The notes: generated by a model not told the origin, from the letters alone. 64,000 nucleotides of DNA from Takakia lepidozioides (GCA_030704615.1 CM060734.1:16492001-16556000), one strand, 5' to 3'; shown: positions 36,865 to 49,914, counted from the first letter of the stretch. Numbers and translations are program-made.

Positions 36865-37780
36865 TGGTCACAGCCGTCACAGCCCCAAAGGCCTCAGGCA
36901 CGGCCTGTCACAGCCCCTCACAGCCCATCACAGCCCCAAAGGCCATGGGCACAGCCTGTCATAGCCCCTCATAGCCCGTCACAGCCTCAAAGGCCTCAGG
37001 CACGGCATGTCACAGCCCCTCACAGCTCGCCACAGCCTGACACAGCCCATCACAGCCCCACAGGGCACAGGGCACAGCCTGTCACAGCTCGCCACAGCCT
37101 GTCACAGCCCCTCATAGCCCGTCACAGCTTGCCACAGCCTGTCACAGCCCCAAAGGCCTCAGGCACGGCCTGTCACAGCCCCTCACAGCCCGTCACAGCC
37201 TCAAAGGCCTCAGGCACGGCCTGTCATAGCCCCTCACAGCCCATCACAGCCCCAAAGGCCATGGGCACAGCCTGTCATAGCCCCTCACAGCCCGTCACAG
37301 CCTCAAAGGCCTCAGGCACGGCCTGTCACAGCCCCTCACAGCCCCTCACATCTCGCCACAGCCTGACACAGCCCGTCACAGCCCCACAGGGCACAGGGCA
37401 CAGCTTGTCACAGCTCGCCACAGCCTGTCACAGCCCGTCACAGCCCCAGAGGCCACAGGGCACAGCCTGTCACAGCCTGTCACAGCCCATCACAGCCTGT
37501 CACAGCTTGCCACAGCCTGTCACAGCCCGTCACAGCCCGTCACAGCTCGCCACAGCCTGACACAGCCCCACAGGGCACAGGGCACAGCCTATCACAGCCC
37601 CGCACAGCCCGTCACAGCCCCACAGGCCACTTGGCACAGCCTGTCACAGCCCCTCACAGCCCGTCACAGCTCGCCACAGCCTGACACAGCCCGTCACAGC
37701 CCCACAGGGCACAGGGCACAGCCTGTCACAGCCCCTCATAGCCCGTCACAGCTTGCCACAGCCTGTCACAGCCCGTCACA
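36865..37780. repeat. (GT)CACAGC(C) minisatellite in the Gypsy A 5' non-coding region
   Basis: Dozens of ~10-11-bp CACAGC-core units with higher-order repetition. Confidence 0.95.
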
Positions 37781-39652
37781 ACCCCACCCATGGCCGCTCT
37801 GGCAGTTTAGCCATTTCTCCAAGGGGTTTAGCCACGCCAAGCTAGGGTTTGTGTCTCTTGGACTCTAGGCTTCTTTCCGCCGAGCTATGGTGGCTGTGAG
37901 GAAATCAGCAAGGTATCCTTGCTCTTTCGGCTCCCACACACCACCATAGTAGCCCTAAGCCATGAGGTGGTTGCCACAAACCAAGCCTTCTTTCTCACTT
38001 AGCCTCCCCAAACACGCCACTAAACTCAATGGCAAACAACCAAGCCCTGCTGGTTCCCAGCCCTTGTGAGCACTCATTCAAGCACTCTCATTGGCCATAG
38101 CATCTGTCTTAGAGCCTATTCCAGCCCTCTACACCTGTTGCTTCAAGAGTTGCGCTCCCTTCAAGCTTGAAGTTGAAACCCCAACTCACATAGGCCCTAC
38201 AAGTGCTTTTCTTTCACTCCAAGTGGAAACCAGCCCTAGACCTTCCGTTCTAGCTCTCTAAGGCTTGAAAACAAGAGCCTCAATGGGCTGAAGGCATGCT
38301 CCACACATGCCCCACTCTCACCATAAGAGAATCAGCTCCTTTGCTTCATTTCTTGCACCCACAAACCTGAAAATACAAGCTTCAGCAGGCCGAAAGCATG
38401 CTCTACATGCCCTACAGGGAAACCAGCCCCTTCTTTCCTTTCTTGCACTCCCACACCTAAAAGTGCAAGCCTTCACCAGGCTGATAGCATGCTCCACACA
38501 TACATTGCCCTCACATAAGGGAAGTCAGCCCTTCCCTCTTCCTTGCTTGCCCTCCAAGCTTGAAGATGGAAGCTTCAATGAGCTGAATACATGCTCCACA
38601 CATGCAACCTCTTCACACAAGAGATATCAGCCCCCTATCTTGGCTCCTTGGCTCCTTGATGCTCTCTAAGACAAGACTAAGCACTCCACAGCCTTTGCCA
38701 AGCTCTTGAAACCCTAAGGCTTACATTTCCAGCCACAAGACACTTCTCTTGTGGTGCCAGAGCTCTTCTTCCAAGCTCTGAAACCCTAGGTGCACATTCC
38801 ATGGCCTTGCCGCACCTCTTAGCTCCTGTTCCAGCCCTGCTCTTGCCATGACAAGAGCCCTCTCAATGCTGAAGCTCGAGATTGAAACCCAATCTCACCA
38901 TACTCCACAAAGTGCATTGATTTGCCCCAAGCCAAATCAGCCCTTTCGCTTGGTCTTGCAATCCTTCACACAATGAAAGCTCGCATTCCCAGGTCCAGTT
39001 CTCAGCTTTGCACCCCAAAGCCACTATAACCTGCTCTTGACTGGTCCTCTTCCCAATCGTGCTTGCTCATGCATGTACACAATCTGAGACCATCAAGGTG
39101 CTCTGGAATTACCTGCAGCATGGTGCTTTCATCTCTGAAGCTGAAGAGCGAATGCCAAGGTCTACCACCTCGTAACCCACATCGCCTCCGCTTCTAACAA
39201 CCAAGAGCTCCATGGTGCTCATTGCATAACAACTTGGTTTCTCTCATTCTCAAGCAAAAACCACAAGTGCTACAACTAACTCGTATCTAGCACTCATAGA
39301 TACGAGCTGATCTTTCTCGAGTGATAAAGAAGAAGAATACAAGCACAAGCTCATGCGAGCTCACAAAGCTGAAGCATAAACTCATGCATATATAACCTCA
39401 TCACTCAAATACAAGTCAAGCCAAGTGCACCCCACGCCATGGGGAATCCACACTACGGCGCCATAGCTAGGCGCGGTGAGGCTCAACTCGAGAAAGATGA
39501 GCCTTCCGCGCTTGCCGTGAAGATAACCACTCCAGGGCCTAAATCTGCCTTGACCCCTGGATTGACACTTGGGCCAATCCCAAATGTCAATATGTAAAAG
39601 CTAGCTATTTCCTAGCTAGTTTCACACTAGTGGTAAAATAACTTGACAAACT

Positions 39653-42218
39653 GATTGGTGGCGGGGGTATGGGAGGAGTACTAGGCCCACAACCAAGCTA
39701 CCCTGTCATTGGGAATGAGACAAGATAGGAGGAGTAGAGCCATAGTAAGAACTAGAGTATTCAGTGGTACTGTCAGTATAGATATTATCGATGAGTTGGA
39801 TGGCGTCTGAAGGATAGCCGAGGTCAGACATAATTGCAAGTAGTCTGGCATGGTCTACGGAGCCGAATGCATTCTTAAAGTCAATATATAACAGTAGATA
39901 TCATGTTTGGGTAAGTTTAGCATCCTCGAGGGCTGATAATACATATTGGATTTGTCTGGTGGTACTACGAGTGGCACGGAATCCCTCCTGAGGGTCACTG
40001 AGGATACGGTGCTGCTCGCCGTAACTGGATAGCATTGTAGTTAGTGTGCTGGTGAAGAGTTTATAGATGGTGTTTGCGAGGGCTATAGGTCTGTAGTTAC
40101 TAAGGTCCGTAGGGTCCACTTTTTTAAATAATAAAATGGTACGGCTAAGCTTCCAGGAGTGTGGTATCATTTGTAGTTGATAGCAGAGTTTAAAGAATTT
40201 GAAGAGGAAAAGAAGGTGGGGGTCAAGTGCTTGAAGGATTGCATTCGGGATCAGGTCAGGACCAAGGGCTTTAGATTTGGATAGGGCTTTTAGGCATGAG
40301 TTATACAAGTTAATTGTAAAGAGGTCCTAGATGTGATCAGAGGGGAAGCCTCGTCGGTCTAGTGTAAAACTGTCTAGATCATGCCATGGATAATGCTTGA
40401 CTTTACACATCAGTTTTGGTTGGGATGGTTTGGGTGTAAGCAATTACTGGTATGGGCGTGTATGAGGCTGAAGCTTGGATCCATATCTTGTGCATGATGT
40501 CATCAGGTTTAGTTAATAAGTGGCCAAGCCTATGCTTGAGGCATCAATGGGAGGGTTTAGTGTAGGATTGAAGATGGCTTTGTGAGTTTTTTTGGGATGG
40601 TCTTGCAGTAGCTGGTTGAAGGAGACAACAATTTTTTTGTGATTGTCCATTGCTTTTTGTTTGGTGATCATGTAGGCTGTTTTTTTGGATTCTCTGCCCA
40701 GTTTGGATACGGCAGCAATCCAAGTGCGTAGGGTGGCAGGGTCTTCAGGGGGTATGAGGGCACGGCAGGCAGAGAGGGTGTTTAGGCTGGTGATGTGGGG
40801 ATCAGACCTCCAGTTATTATAAAGTGAGGGTAGTGATGAGTTGGGTACGATAGTGAAGGCCCAACGAACAGTGTGGTAAATGTTGAGGTGGGAGTTCCAA
40901 GCACGTTTTTGTGATTTGGTAAGGTAACCTCCATTTTGTTTGGAACGGGTGGTTTGAGGAATGTCAGGGGGGGCCAGAGCATGTGGTTGTGACGCTTTTT
41001 GTCATTTCTTGTACTAAGGATGATAGTGTGCGCTCTGCATCATACCAAGTGGCCTCGGGAGAGTGTGTTAGGTTAGTGTCAGAGAGGGTGTGCAAGAGTT
41101 TAAGCGTGAGGATCGAGGCAGCTGGTTGGAAGTGGTTTTAGAATGCAACAATGTTTGCATTGTGGAAGCGGGGAGAGGATTCGGGGTTGAGGGTTAGGGG
41201 TTGGGACTAGTGGGATTGGCCAGATGGGGATGAGGGATGAGGGAAGAGAGATGGATACCGGGAAGTGGTCAGAGTTACATAAACCATCAGCGTGGATATG
41301 GCTCATGAGGTACGTAGGGATTTGGTTGCGTGTCCTGAGGTAGAAGCTGTCAATAAGGTTTAAAGATGAGTAGTGGAGCCCACCTTGTCGTGAGTAGTGG
41401 TGGTCTGCTGGGATGTACGAGAATTGATGTTGTTGTATGAATTTAGCCCAATCGTGGTCGAGTGGGGTTGGAGATTTGTGTAGGCCATTGAATGTGTGTC
41501 CAAGTAGGGAAATGTCACAGTTGAAGTCACCGGCTAGTATGCAATGAAAGTGCTGATGTTCAGGGTGGGAGACGGTGTTAGAGATAGTGTGTAATATGTC
41601 CGGTATCAGAGCTAGATCTTTCGTGTGCGAGGGCATATATAGGTGGATTAAGGTGATGGGGTTAAGGGCGGGTAGGTGGATTTGGATGATTTGTAAGTAA
41701 GAGCGGAGGGGGATAGGTACGGATATTTTGAGTGTAGTGCTGGGGGAGTGATGTGTTCGGAGAATACCGAGTGCCACGCCACCACGAGTGGGACTGTATG
41801 GGGCAGAGTGGCATCTTAGGCATTGTGGTGCAGTTAGGGGGGTGCCGTACAGGAGGTAGTAGTCTGGCAGGAGTTTGTTGATGTATGAACTGTTGGAGTT
41901 GTTGGTGTGCAATTTGGTTTCTTGTAATAGAATAACATGAGGAGGTGTGGAGTCTGTGAGGAGGTGAAGTAAACTTTGGATGCGGAACCAACGTTCCAGG
42001 TAGTGATGGTGAGAGTGTGCGAGCATATGTCATGGGGGTTAGGCAGATGATTGGGTGAGGAGTCCGGTGCGGGAGATTGAGGTTGGGTTGGGGGTGGAGA
42101 AGGTACCGGTGGTACAAGAACAGGTGGGGGTTGGTAAGCAAGAAGGGGGGTAACGGTGTTAAGGGTAGCCAAGAGAACCTTTTCAAAGAGGAAGGGAAAT
42201 TTATCGATGATGTTTTGG
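39653..42218 (-). pseudogene. LINE copy 2, middle part: APE plus N-terminal RT, with the RT C-terminal half deleted near 39725
   Basis: TITTWNVGS, VILLQETK, ILAGDFN, SDHFPV, NYRPIALANTIYKL and QEGFR. Collinear with ~4170-7345. Confidence 0.9.
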
Positions 42219-42223
42219 TGGTC

Positions 42224-43131
42224 TGTCACGCGGCTTTTACTCACCCATCCCTTCGCTATCCGAGGCGGAAACTCCAAGATAGAAGAGTTGGAAATCTCTA
42301 AGTACTCAGCCCGCTCACAACAATCAGTCATGACCTACAGCTAGTGTATCATGGGGGTGTTTCCTATTTGTTTTCCTTCCCGCATTCATGTTAGCTAGTT
42401 ACCTTACTGTTGGTAATTAAGTATCAGTTTGCTTCAGCAATCTATCGGATTCCATCAACTCATCCATTTATTCCACAGCTTCACTCAGATCTCTCTACAC
42501 AGTGTGAGTATGAAGTATGTATCAGATTAATATCTATCGAGTATCAGGCTGAAGCCATGGAGTCTCTAATCTGCTCTACATTACAACTCTACTGCTTGCA
42601 TTCATTAAGCATCAACAGATCGCCCTCCTCCTACTTTGTGCTCTTCCTCCTTCCGCTCAGAGATGCGCTCTCTCCTCCTTTCCTCCCGTGATGTCCGAAG
42701 TCCCTTCTCCCAGTGATTCCCCAAGAAGTGCTTCTTCTCCCGTCCTCGTTCCTGGCTTTATCTTCCTACCCGTTGTTCTAACCGTTTCCCTCACTAACCG
42801 TCATCCGTGTACTAACATGTTCCATTCGCAGATGTTGTTCCCCACAGTCGTTCCCTATCCTGCTATCCGTTCCCTATGGTCGTGACAGCTGTGTCAAGCT
42901 GTGACTGGCTGTGACGGCTGTGTCGGCTGTGACGGGCTGTGTCGGACCGTGACGAGCTGTGTTGGCTGTGTCTGGCTGTGTCGGCTATGTTGGCTGTGAT
43001 GGGCTATGTAACCCCCCTCTAAAGTGCGCTGCTGTCACCCCTAAGGCTCCTGTTGGTCTCAGTCTGTGCAAAAATTAAGGGTACCCCACAGATCCCGTAT
43101 AAGTGTCTAAGTCCCAGACAGTCCTCTAACA
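42224..43131 (-). repeat. 3' LTR of Gypsy B
   Basis: Direct repeat of 48975-49909. On the - strand it is preceded by the purine tract GAGAGGGGAAAGGGTAA (43132-43148). Confidence 0.95.
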
Positions 43132-43169
43132 TTACCCTTTCCCCTCTCAAAAAACCGTGTCCTCATGGT

Positions 43170-46100
43170 TTACTGATTGGGATTAGCAAACCTTTGTGAG
43201 CGAACACCTTTCTGACGTTGAGAGTCTCGTGAAGGACTCTGTGTACGAGCCCGAGGTCTGTCACTGGTTGACGGAGATGATTGAACACTACCTGGATATG
43301 TGAGGCCCTCTGGAGGCTGATATCGAGGTAATCTTTCAGGCATAGGAGACCCCCGTCGCTTCTTCTCTGCCATCTGAATTGCATAGTCTTCTCCCATGTC
43401 AAAAGAGTCCGCTGAAGAAACAGTTGTATCAGAATCCTCATCGCCTCTCAGGTGTTTTAACTGTCGAACTTTTTGTGGAATCCTCTGGGGCATACAATGT
43501 TGTCCTACCATGTCTGGAAGTTTAAATTTTAAAACTTGTTGTAAACGCTGAATGGCAAAATTGGTGAAGACCTTGAGCTCCTTGTCTGTCCAAGTGAGTG
43601 GGGTACCAATGACTTGTGAATTGTGCAAGTATTTCCATCCCTCATGTCCCTTAAAGAAAATATCGTCAGGGCCAAATTTCTGTGTTGACAAATTGTTCCA
43701 GGCCGCATGAAACCATGAACGAATTTGAGAATCCTTTTGCATCATAACTTTTGCCTCATATAGGTACATATGAGGTGGCACTGAAGGTAAGACCCAATGA
43801 TCCCCACTGGAATAACTCAGAAAGCGCGATTGCATCTTGTGCTGCTCAATGTGATAACGTACCAGAAAACAAGCAGCGTAGTATAACCCACAGCCCATGA
43901 CAATACTTGCTACCTCCTTGGTCTTGGTATAAATGAATCCATGTACAACTTGGAAGGCAATTAATTCCTTCAACATGGTACTTGCCTCATGCCAGTACTG
44001 CGCAAAGTGATGATCCTCAATGGGTCGATTGTTTGGAAGAACCTTAGTTCTAGTTGCCACTGGCAGCCAAATGCGCATGATTTGATAGTAATGTGCCAAT
44101 GACTGCGGAGGACTAAATTCTTTCCAAGCCAAATCCAACACAATGGGAATTTGGTTGAAGGGCATAATCATAGCCCTACTGTACTCCCTTGCAGCTGGAG
44201 TTTTAGGTGGGTTAAAAGCAGCATTTCCCCATACCTCAGGCTGTGGTGGCTGTGGTGTGGCTGTAGTAACAACAGGGTCAGCTACTGGCACAATGACTTG
44301 TTGTGGTGTTGGTGGCACTGGCTCTTATACCATTTGCATCTCCTGCACCTCTTGTGAAGAAGACTGAAAAGCCAAAGTTCTCGCTTTTAAATAAGAAGCC
44401 ATTAGCTGTTCCTCAGGTACACAGACTCTCTTGTCGATATTTGAAGTGAGGTCCTCCACTTGAGTCTGCAGGCCGTCTACATCCTCCTGTAACTCCGCTA
44501 TCCTACTATAGACATTGTCTATAGTAGTTGTGGCAATGTTCTGCACTTGCAGTCTGAGCTCATTCATCTCGCTTTGGGTGAGCTTTCGTGGTGCTTTGCC
44601 CTCCACTGGCCCTTGTGCTAACCAGACCTGCATAAGGTGTTTATCCACCAAGTTGCTTGTGGTACCTCTGAGAGTTTGCTCATCTCTGAGTTTGTATATC
44701 TCTAATTGCTGTTGTAAAGCCTCCATGCGCTTCGCATGAGGTTCAACCAAATTCGCATAGGCAGCAAGCAGATTATTGGCTTCCTTCCAAGCCTTGTTAA
44801 TGACAGAGATTTCATTTCTATTGGCCATGACCGTTTGTTGCAACTCCAGGATGTGCCTCTCTTGGTCAGCTTCAACCTGCCTGTATTGCTTGAAAGTATC
44901 CTCATTGCGACAGATTGTATTCTTCATATCGACAATGAGTTTCACTTGCTCAACATTCTCTACCTCTGCCTTCGTACATCTTTCCGCTTGACTATTTATT
45001 TCTATTGTAGATTGGTCAAGCATAGTTGTGAGTGTAGCACATTGGATGGCCATCCTGTCGTGCACTGTCTGCAACTCCGTATGTAGTGCATTCACTTGTT
45101 GCAACTTGCTTTCATGCTTCACCTGCATTTGGTATAGCTGTTGCTTATGTGCTTCGTGCAACTGGTCTTGCGCGAGGCCTGCCTCAATCAATTGTTCCTT
45201 GGCCAATTGCAAAGCCGCTTCTGTACTCTCCAAGTCTTGCTGCATCTTGAGAGTGACCTCTTCATCAACCTTGTTTGCACACTCTGTGGCAAGTCGAGCC
45301 TCAAACTCCTTCCTGAGTTCCTCCCTCAAAGCTGCCAATTGAGTAGTGGGAACATGGGATTTGACATAAGTACCCAACAGATTAAGTGTCCTGCTTATGG
45401 AACTCATAAGCATGGCCTGTTGAGGGTCATCTTGGTGAGCTTGCTGCTGTTCTCCCTGATCCTCAACAGTGTGATGCCTTACGAACCACTCAGGCCATTG
45501 CCCCACCAGATTTTCTTCCTGAACCACTTCATCCATCACCGGTGCTGCAGTGTCTTGACATTCTACCTGTGGTACCTCCGTCACATGTGTGTGTATTATA
45601 TGCACCGCAGGGTTTCCCTTGGACAATTGTTGCACCTCCGGAATCACTGTGTCCTTGACCATACCAGAATATTCATAGAGAAGGTCCCCCTTCTCAATTT
45701 CTGCCACCACCTGTTCTGTAGTGGGAATATCTAACCCTTCTTTTTCCAAATCAATTATTTCTGGTGGAACTGCATGGACAACTTGTGGTAACTCTATGAC
45801 AAGCCGATCATCTGGCTGTGATGGCTATGATACTGAAGTAACTTCCTCTTCCCTCTCTGAAGGTCCTGCTTCCAGTAATAGCAGTTCTTTGTGCTGCTGT
45901 GCCCCTTCCTGCACAAGAGCTTGGGAAACATTATCATGCGGATTCCGTGAAGCCAGTGGATCCGCCACTATAGTTTTTCCCCGCCTCTGTCTCTTAGTCT
46001 CAGGTTGCCCTGCCAGTCCACCCTCACTGTGTGAAGAGCCTTGCTATTCCATTGCGGTGGTTTCTGGCTCAAACACTCCCATCTCTTTTCTTTCTCGAGC

Positions 46101-46943
46101 ATCAAGTATGCCAGAATCAAGAATTATTTGAGCAATGATTGGGCCAGACACTATGATAGGAGACTTTGCGGCAGTACCCTGTAATCTTTTCATCTCCTCT
46201 ACCAGTGCGTTGTACATTATGTCCGCCCATTCTACCTCTTCTCCTCTCAGGGCTTTGAGTATTTCTTCTGTGAAGGATCTGCTCAAATACTGTTGGTTCT
46301 GTTTCATGGCAAACAGAACGTTCAATACCTGGCCTACCTCCCTTAGCCCTGGGTACACGGCCTTGGTACAAGCATAACCCTGAGTTTTAAAGAAACTCCC
46401 TTCTTGGAATAAGTCCCCTATTTGCAGTCTTGCCCTGTGCTCCTCCACATGCACCTGACCTGCTGGCAATCGAAACAATTGCTGTAGGTATAGGGGAGTA
46501 ATTACTAATTCAACTCCCTTCACCGTTGTTACTCCTGTCCTTGGCTCAAAGTTCTGCAAGAATTGTAACATGTACTGTCTATGGTGCAATGTCCAATCTT
46601 TGCTTTGCAATCCTTCCAATCGCAGCTCCTTAAGTAACTTTACCGCCTGTGGAGTAGCAATCGTTTGTTTCTGCAGAATTGTGGTGCTCTTCACCCTGAT
46701 TTCTTCCATTCCTCTCACTCTCTTCATTCTAGACCCACAGAAATGTTTTGGCTGTAACAATTGAAGAAATGCCTGCAGGGCACAAAGCATAAATGTATGG
46801 TTGCCACAAAAAGCTATGGGTAATTTCTTGTAAGCCTGCGGGGCTTGCAAGCATCGATCAAGATAAAAGATCCGCTCTGTTCTTTCGTCCCTATGCCATT
46901 GCGTAAGTAATATTGCAAGCGTATAGTCTGTTAGTTCCTCCAT
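43170..46943 (-). pseudogene. Single ancestral 3' accessory ORF of ~1258 codons in Gypsy B, broken by 3 in-frame stops
   Basis: ORFs 46044-46943, 44325-45749 and 43170-44318 share one frame, with stops at ~46044, ~45827 and ~44325. The N-terminus resembles plant-mobile-domain/Transposase_28-type cargo (TVKGVELVITP..LQQLFRLP); the centre is a coiled coil. Confidence 0.7.
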
Positions 46944-47659
46944 AGCTTCAAAGCTATAGCATTGATGGTTTGTCCCATCGAGACGCCCGTTACTTAGAAC
47001 GACGCCGACTCTTGCGCTTAAATTCCCACCAATTTCTTGATCCCTTTTCTGACTTTCGATTGGCTGTAACCGCTGTGACTGGATTTTAGATTTAATTTTC
47101 TTTAGTGGACTTTCCCTGCTGGTCTATCCACTAGGATAACACATGTGACAAGAATTTCGCTTTTCTGTACTTACCGTTTGTTCTGTTGCCCCTTTTCCGT
47201 ATTCATTAATGGGCCCGCCATTCATCCGAATCGACGTGCTAATTAGGTATTTTGACGGCCATTCTTGTCCTCTTTCTTGATGACATCTGTTCTTGCACTT
47301 CCTTCTCAGCTGTGTGTTGCGCCTTGACTTCCACGTGTCCCTTTCTAAACTGGCTTCCGTCCTTTCTTCCGCCGGCCATTTCCGTGGAGTTATCCTGCGT
47401 CCACCTGTCACTGATTCTATGGATTGTGTAACCCTAGTAGGCTGTGTTAAGCTGTGACAGGCTGTGTCATACTGTGGTACGCCGTGATAGGCTGTGATAC
47501 ACTGTGGTAAGCTGTGATAGGCTGTGACACGCTGTGGTAGGTTGTGATATGTTGTGTCGCGCCTTGATGGGCTGTGATAGGATGTGTCACGTCGTGATGG
47601 ATTGTGACAGGCTGTGTTGCGCCTTGATGGGCTGTGATAGGCTGTGTCGCGCTTGTTCT

Positions 47660-48365
47660 GCCCCAAGATATTCACAGTATTCCCAGCTTCAGTTGCACTA
47701 CTTCCCACACTCCCTGTCCCCCCAGAGCCAGATCTAGGCAGCCCGCCTGATCCCCCTGAGCCGACACCTTCGTTGGCCTGTGATCCAAGTGCTCCACTTG
47801 ATCCAGGTCCAACGGGTTGGGATGTCCTGGTTGTAGTCTCAACCTTAGCTATTGGGTCTACTTCTTCATACTCTTCATCTTCCAATTTCTTCTCTCTGTT
47901 TTCATCCTCCAAGTTCTGCCCTTGGGTTTCTTCTTCACTCATGTAACTCAACTGCAATGGTGTTGGAGAGTCTGAACTCTCCGTTGGCTCTGCCACATCC
48001 TCTCCTCCTTTTTCACCTTCCGCTTCAGAAACTGGAGTTCCTGCTTTTGATGTTCCATGCCAACTCTTATCAAAGATTTCTGTCAAATCTTTTATCTAGG
48101 GATGTACCTCAGATCTTTCACCTCGTGATTGATCTTCTTCCCATACCAATTCCCTTAATCTTTCTTGCAAAGAAAAAGAAGGAGTGGCATCCAACTCTAG
48201 TTCTTCCGGTATGGGTGATGTACTCTTTGATCTTAATGGTGTGAGAGGTCCAGATGATTCCCCTATGTCTATTCCTCTCTCCCAAAGATATGGATAATTA
48301 GCTTTCAGATAGCTTTCTCTTTTTGCTGAATATCTCTGGCGTCTAGCTTCTCTTTCATCACTCAT
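47660..48365 (-). pseudogene. Truncated 5' end of Gypsy B gag
   Basis: Matches 54824-55525 up to AGNTVNI, then jumps to CACAGC repeats (deletion of gag-pol). Confidence 0.85.
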
Positions 48366-48386
48366 GTCCCATGTCTTTCATTTCTT

Positions 48387-49082
48387 TTAATGTGGCAATA
48401 ACCAAAACTCTCTTCTGTAATATCTCTCGTATATGCCTGGGTTTCTTTCTAGCTTTAATGCACCCTTGGCTACACTAGAAGTCTCCGTTACCATATAACC
48501 ATATGGCAAACAAGTATGGAAAGTTGTTCTTGGTGTGAGTTTGATCCACAAAATATCCTTTGGAATCCAATTCTTTACCAGTACAAGCTCTTCATGCATA
48601 TGAGTATACACATTCACCTTTCTTTCTTCCCAGCCTTCAAACTCTACTCGCTTAATGGATAGCAATGCTATCACATAAACCAGTGTTGGTAACCAACGTG
48701 CTCTTCCTCTACAGGCCACCTGATAAATCTTTATCACTCCTTTCTCCAGTCCCCATTCAGGGTCAGCATCATGCACTCTCTTAAGAATGTTTTCTTTACA
48801 ACCGTCTGGCAATTCCAAGAACCTTTGAAAGAATCGTATAGATAATCTTTCCTTCTCTGTTTCACAAGGAATTTGATTCACATCAAATTCTTTAATTCTC
48901 CAACCACCATGATCCCACCAGATGCCTGTCACATCTGGTTGTTCATGACCCAGTTCCCCAGTATGGTCGCCAAATGTCACGCAGCTTTTACTCACCCATC
49001 CCTTCGCTATCCGAGGCGGAAACTCCAAGATAGAAGAGTTGGAAATCTCTAAGTACTCAGCCCGCTCAGAACAATCAATCAT
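48387..49082 (-). CDS. Extra upstream ORF (231 aa) of Gypsy B, starting inside the LTR
   Basis: Open at the same length in the second copy (54108-54803). Function unknown. Confidence 0.6.
   Translation of the reverse strand: MIDCSERAEYLEISNSSILEFPPRIAKGWVSKSCVTFGDHTGELGHEQPDVTGIWWDHGGWRIKEFDVNQIPCETEKERLSIRFFQRFLELPDGCKENILKRVHDADPEWGLEKGVIKIYQVACRGRARWLPTLVYVIALLSIKRVEFEGWEERKVNVYTHMHEELVLVKNWIPKDILWIKLTPRTTFHTCLPYGYMVTETSSVAKGALKLERNPGIYERYYRREFWLLPH
48960..48974 (-). promoter_or_regulatory. Primer-binding site (TGGCGACC...)
   Basis: tttggcgaccatac immediately follows the 5' LTR; identical at 54216. Confidence 0.8.
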
Positions 49083-49909
49083 GACCTACAGCTAGTGTAT
49101 CATGGGGGTGTTTCCTATTTGTTTTCCTTCCCGCATTCATGTTAGCTAGTTACCTTACTGTTGGTAATTAAGTATCAGTTTGCTTCAGCAATCTATCGGA
49201 TTCCATCAACTCATCCATTTATTCCACAGCTTCACTCAGATCTCTCTACACAGTGTGAGTATGAAGTATGTATCAGATTAATATCTATCGAGTATTAGGC
49301 TGAAGCCATGGAGTCTCTAATCTGCTCTACATTACAACTCTACTGCTTGCATTCATTAAGCATCAACAGATCGCCCTCCTCCTACTCTGTGCTCTCCCTC
49401 CTTCCGCTCAGAGATGCGCTCTCTCCTACTTTCCTCCCGTGATGTCCGAAGTCCCTTCTCCCAGTGATTCCCCAAGAAGTGCTTCTTCTCCCGTCCTCGC
49501 TCCTGGCTTTATCTTCCTACCCGTTGTTCTAACCGTTTCCCTCACTAACCGTCATCCGTGTACTAACATGTTCCATTCGCAGATGTTGTTCCCCACAGTC
49601 GTTCCCTGTCCTGCTATCCGTTCCCTATGGTCGTGACAGCTGTGTCAAGCTGTGACTGGCTGTGCGACTGTGTCAAGCTGTGACTGGCTGTGACGGCTAT
49701 CGGACTGTGACGAGCTGTGTTGGCTGTGTCTGGCTGTGTCGGTTGTGTCGGACTGTGACGGGCTGTGTTGGCTGTGATGGGTTGTGTAACCCCCCTCTAA
49801 AGTGCGCTGCTGTCACCCCTAAGGCTCCTGTTGGTCTCAGTCTGTGCAAAAATTAAGGGTACCCCACAGATCCCGTATAAGAGTCTACGTCCCAGACAGT
49901 CCTCTAACA
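48975..49909 (-). repeat. 5' LTR of Gypsy B
   Basis: Direct repeat of 42224-43131. Confidence 0.95.
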
Positions 49910-49914
49910 TGGTC

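Larger units (their letters stand above)
13758..39648 (-). mobile_element. Ty3/Gypsy retroelement family A copy 1 (gag-PR-C5 MTase-RT-RH-INT-PHD), containing the nested DNA transposon
   Basis: TGT...ACA termini with AACT on both flanks (13754-13757, 39649-39652). Both termini are homologous to the ends of the 59127-59565 unit. LINE sequence resumes on both sides. Confidence 0.8.
42224..49909 (-). mobile_element. Gypsy family B non-autonomous LTR element (gag-pol deleted) with 5-bp TSD TGGTC
   Basis: Near-identical LTRs at 42224-43131 and 48975-49909 (TG..CA). TGGTC at 42219-42223 and 49910-49914. PBS and PPT are in place. Confidence 0.95.

Noticed and set aside
36762-37560. 257-aa TACHSPSQP repeat ORF
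   Set aside because: Translation of the CACAGC minisatellite.
44325-45749. env-like gene call for the Gypsy B 3' ORF
   Set aside because: No signal peptide or clear transmembrane segment is visible; the composition is coiled-coil.
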